This document shows, in pieces, positions 60,571 to 64,000 of a DNA stretch of 64,000 nucleotides; the stretch's first letter is position 1, and each line of letters starts with the position of its first letter. Source of the stretch: Paraspadella gotoi (taxonomy: Eukaryota; Animalia; Chaetognatha); assembly GCA_051294375.1 (NCBI GenBank), contig CM119264.1, positions 16,279,245-16,343,244 on the forward strand. Reading direction: 5' to 3'. Made by a program: the position numbers and the translations under genes. Below the pieces are notes generated by a model. It saw only the letters and a program-made list of their open reading frames with translations. It made no database searches and was not told the origin of the DNA.

Positions 60571-61185
60571 AGTAAAGTCACATGAGGGAAATTATTCAGT
60601 TTTTACTTAGTCTTTTTTTAAGTTAACAACAACAATTTTAAAAAGAAACCTCATCAGTTTTTCGTTTATTCTTTATCTCAACGATGCAATCGGTTTCTCT
60701 CACCTGTTTGTTTCCGCGAATCACCAAAATACCTGTCAATTTTTCACGTTTTCATATTTTACCCCATTTCCCCCCAAACCTCGCTCTTTCCACAGCCCCC
60801 CAAGCCTCCAAGCCCCTCTTCGCCCCCGTGGGCCTAAAAACCGCATCGTTATCTCAGCCACATGCGCAGTTGGGAACCGATTGTTCTCACTTGACTGATA
60901 CGGTCGTTGCCCAACGCAATCAACATCACGGACAACAGGATCCTTACACCATCAAGTGCAACATCGCTCTATCCGGATCCCACACAAGTCTAAATACTAT
61001 CAACTCTACAGGGTAAAGGATTAGATTGTTAGACTTTAGTAAATTCGGCACCTGCCTTTTTAATCCACATGTATGGTCGTCATAAGTTGATTAGTGGTGG
61101 TTATAGTTTGGAAATTAGTGCTAAATATGTGATTAAATTTTTTGCAAATGAGGCAGGATTAATATCAATCGATGTTGCAGTCGCT

Positions 61186-61797
61186 GCTAACCAACGCCTT
61201 CTTTTTATTTTTAAAGTACTGCCTAGTTTTAATTCTTGGCCGAGTCGACCAACCGGACGGACGAGAAAAAACACACACACAAAAATAACAAACGGACCGA
61301 CCCGACGACGGAGAGAGAAATAAAAAACAGCCATTCCTGCAAAAAAACCAGCGAACATTAAAAAAAACAAAAATAATTAACATAATAATGACTGACGCGA
61401 GCCGATGGAGAGAAAAAAAAAACAGGCCATTTGTCCGCAAATAACTGCGACCAAAAAAAAAACAAAAAAAAAAAAAAACAAACGACAACCGACCAATGGA
61501 TGAGAAATAAAAAACAGAACATTGCCGCAATAAACCGCGACGAAAGAAAAAACAAAAAACAAACAACCGACCGACCGAAGGAGAGAAATAAAAAACAGCC
61601 ATTCCAAAAAACCATGACCAAAAAAAAACAAAAAAAAAAAACAAAACGACCTGACCGAACCGACGGAGAGAAATAAAAAACAGCCATTCCCGCAAAAACC
61701 TGCGACCAAAAAAAAAAACAAAAAAAAAACAAACGATCCACCGACTCATGGAGAGAAATAAAAAAACAGCATTCCGCAAACAACCGCGACAAAAAAA
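61186..61797 (+). repeat. Noisy tandem array of ~85-bp units whose leader is shared with 55565-55660
   Basis: Unit ccgaccgacggagagaaataaaaaacagccattcccgcaaaaacctgcgaccaaaa...aaacga repeated about 6 times up to an N gap; leader ccaacgccttctttttatttttaaagtact...aattcttggccga..cgacc also occurs at 55565-55660. Confidence 0.75.
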
Positions 61798-64000
61798 NNN
61801 NNNNNNNNNNNNNNNNNNNNNNAAAAAAAAAAAAAGAAAAAGCTCAAGTTAAACAATATTACGAGAACAATAAAAGAATGAACGACAGTAATGACATAAG
61901 CAAAAAAAATAAAAGGGAGGAAAGGTTATAAAGAACGGAAGAAGAGAACACAAAGAAGAAGAAAGAAGGAAAGTTAACGGGGTGAAAAATGGGAACAACC
62001 TTAACAATAACAAAAACAAAAACCGAAATAACAAAAGAAAGATGACAAAACAAAAAAGTTTTGAAAAACATGCAGTAAAACAATGAAGGTCATGCTGGTC
62101 ACGGGGAAGAATGTTAAGACAATGATCACAATGGATTTAATATCATTATTCAGCTGCATAATTACGAAATTATTAATAAAGCCGCAGCTAGTTTTTTGGA
62201 AAGAAAATCAAGAAGTTACGCTTATCAAACGCATACGATAAACGTGACAAAAATTATTTAGATGTCATCTGAAACAGCATGACATATCTAGGGCAGAGTG
62301 AAACGAGTTATCGCAGAATCTAACTTGTTTACAAGTCGACCTCCCAATAACAAAACCGCGAACCCAAGCGCCTCCATTTGGGTCTGAAAAAGAAAAAAAA
62401 AGAGATTTTTCTATCGACAGCTGAAAAGATAAAAAAACCACTAAAAATATTAAGGAAAAGAAGTATTTAAATTCAAAAACTTTATGATTTTTTTGAAAAA
62501 CAGACGGCAGCGAAAAATTTTGTTGGCTATAAACACGAGCAGAAAAAGGAAGAGAGAGAGAGAGAGAGAAAGAGAGAAAGAGAGAAAAAGAGAAAAAGAG
62601 AGAGAGAGAGAAAGAGAGAAATAGAGAGAGGGAGGAAAATAAACACGAGCAGAAAAATGAATAAAGAGAGAGAGAGAGAGAAAGCGAATGAGAGAGAGTG
62701 AGAGAGGAAAAAACAGAAAGAGTAAAACCAAGAGCGAGTGCGAGAAATTAAGATAGTATCTGGTGGTGAAATCTATCGGCACTAAAATTGAAACCGAATT
62801 CTGCTGATAAGCTCACTTTTCAGAACGTTTTTTCGGCTTATCAGATAAATCTTTTTATTACTTTTGGTAGGGAAAAAAATTCGAGGCATTAGTTATATTG
62901 AAGATTAAAGACATTTTAAAATCTTGGAAACGTCTCCTATAATTAAGTTAATATAAAAGACAGAAAGAACAGAAAAATGTTTTTAAAAGTAAAAAAAAAT
63001 CCTTTTAAGGAACAAATAAAACGTTTTTGCCTTTGTTAGCAGAATAGAAATGTAAACAGTTTCGTCTTACTTATTTTACGTTTTTTCCTTTTATTTCAAT
63101 ATGTTGGACGACCGTCGCGCCGGTAAGGAAAGCCTACTTAAAATCCTTAAACCTAGATTTTCTTTATATTTGCAAAGGAAGGTAGCTCGTTTAGTTCGCT
63201 TACGCTCGTTTGTTGAAGCCTGACCTCAACTTTTCTTCGCCCCTGAACTCCAACGACTTACCTTTTCTTTCTGACCCGGAGTTTTCTTCGCTGATCCCAA
63301 GGAGACCAGACAAAGGACTTACCTCTTTGTCCTTCTCACCCGGTCCACTTACCAAAGGCCCGCGAGAGGTGGGATCCAATAAGTCGGGACCACTCGGGTT
63401 CAAAGGTCAGGAAGGGGTGCGAGCCCAATTTTACATCATTGGGGAGAAGTCAGGGGAGAAAATGAGAGAGAAAGAGAGAGAGAGAGAGAGNNNNNNNNNN
63501 NNNNNNNNNNNNNNNNNNNNNNNNNNNNNNNNNNNNNNNNNNNNNNNNNNNNNNNNNNNNNNNNNNNNNNNNNNNNNNNNNNNNNNNNNNNNNNNNNNNN
63601 NNNNNNNNNNNNNNNAGAGAGAGAGAGAGAGAGATTGAAAGGGAAGAATCAACGTAAACGATGATATTCATTTTTAAAGGTAGTTCTTCGCTTCTAATTA
63701 TATCTATTTGTTTTATAATATGAAAGCAAAAAAGCGTTAATGAAGAAAAAAGGAAATATAAAATTCCTTCATGTGAAACGTGGTAATTTACGCTTTCAAT
63801 TCCTGATAATTCTTGCAACTTTGCTCTTTTCGCCCATTAAAAATAAGGGTTCTCTCTCCTCCCTATCTCTCTCCTCTCTCTCTCTCTCTCCTCTCTGTCT
63901 CTCTCTCTCTCTTTTTTTCTCTCTCCTAGCATTCCTTTTTCTTCCAATCTACCTCTTTTCCTCTTAGCGTCAAATTCTTTTTCTCTCTCATCTCTTCTCT

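Noticed and set aside
63200-63430. ORFs on both strands beside the last N gap
   Set aside because: Short, no recognisable domain, context lost in the gap.

Overview
Intron-rich, microsatellite-laden animal (invertebrate-like) genomic DNA with AT-rich introns, GC-rich exons and several N gaps. Four spliced genes can be rebuilt by hand from GT-AG junctions: (1) a + strand gene (>=10266-13760) ending in a dynein stalk microtubule-binding-domain-like module with no motor domain visible; (2) a divergent six-intron actin on the - strand (14771-17097), tail-to-tail with gene 1 and carrying about nine single-base indels that look like consensus errors; (3) a complete secreted, furin-activated matrix metalloproteinase (24742-31062, 11 exons); (4) a NEK-like Ser/Thr kinase fused to a ZZ zinc finger (40559-42408). 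The kinase lies in a ~7.4 kb inverted duplication (38690-46129 / 46460-53909) whose second arm is indel-ridden and may be an assembly artefact. The first 10 kb is a nest of mobile DNA: a foldback element, a zinc-finger ORF with interleaved A-B-A'-B' inverted repeats, an 18-bp minisatellite, a Penelope-like insertion with a 13-bp TSD and two minimal hammerhead ribozymes, a tRNA-like SINE and the 3' end of a Ty3/Gypsy element. All calls come from reading the sequence only; no searches were run.
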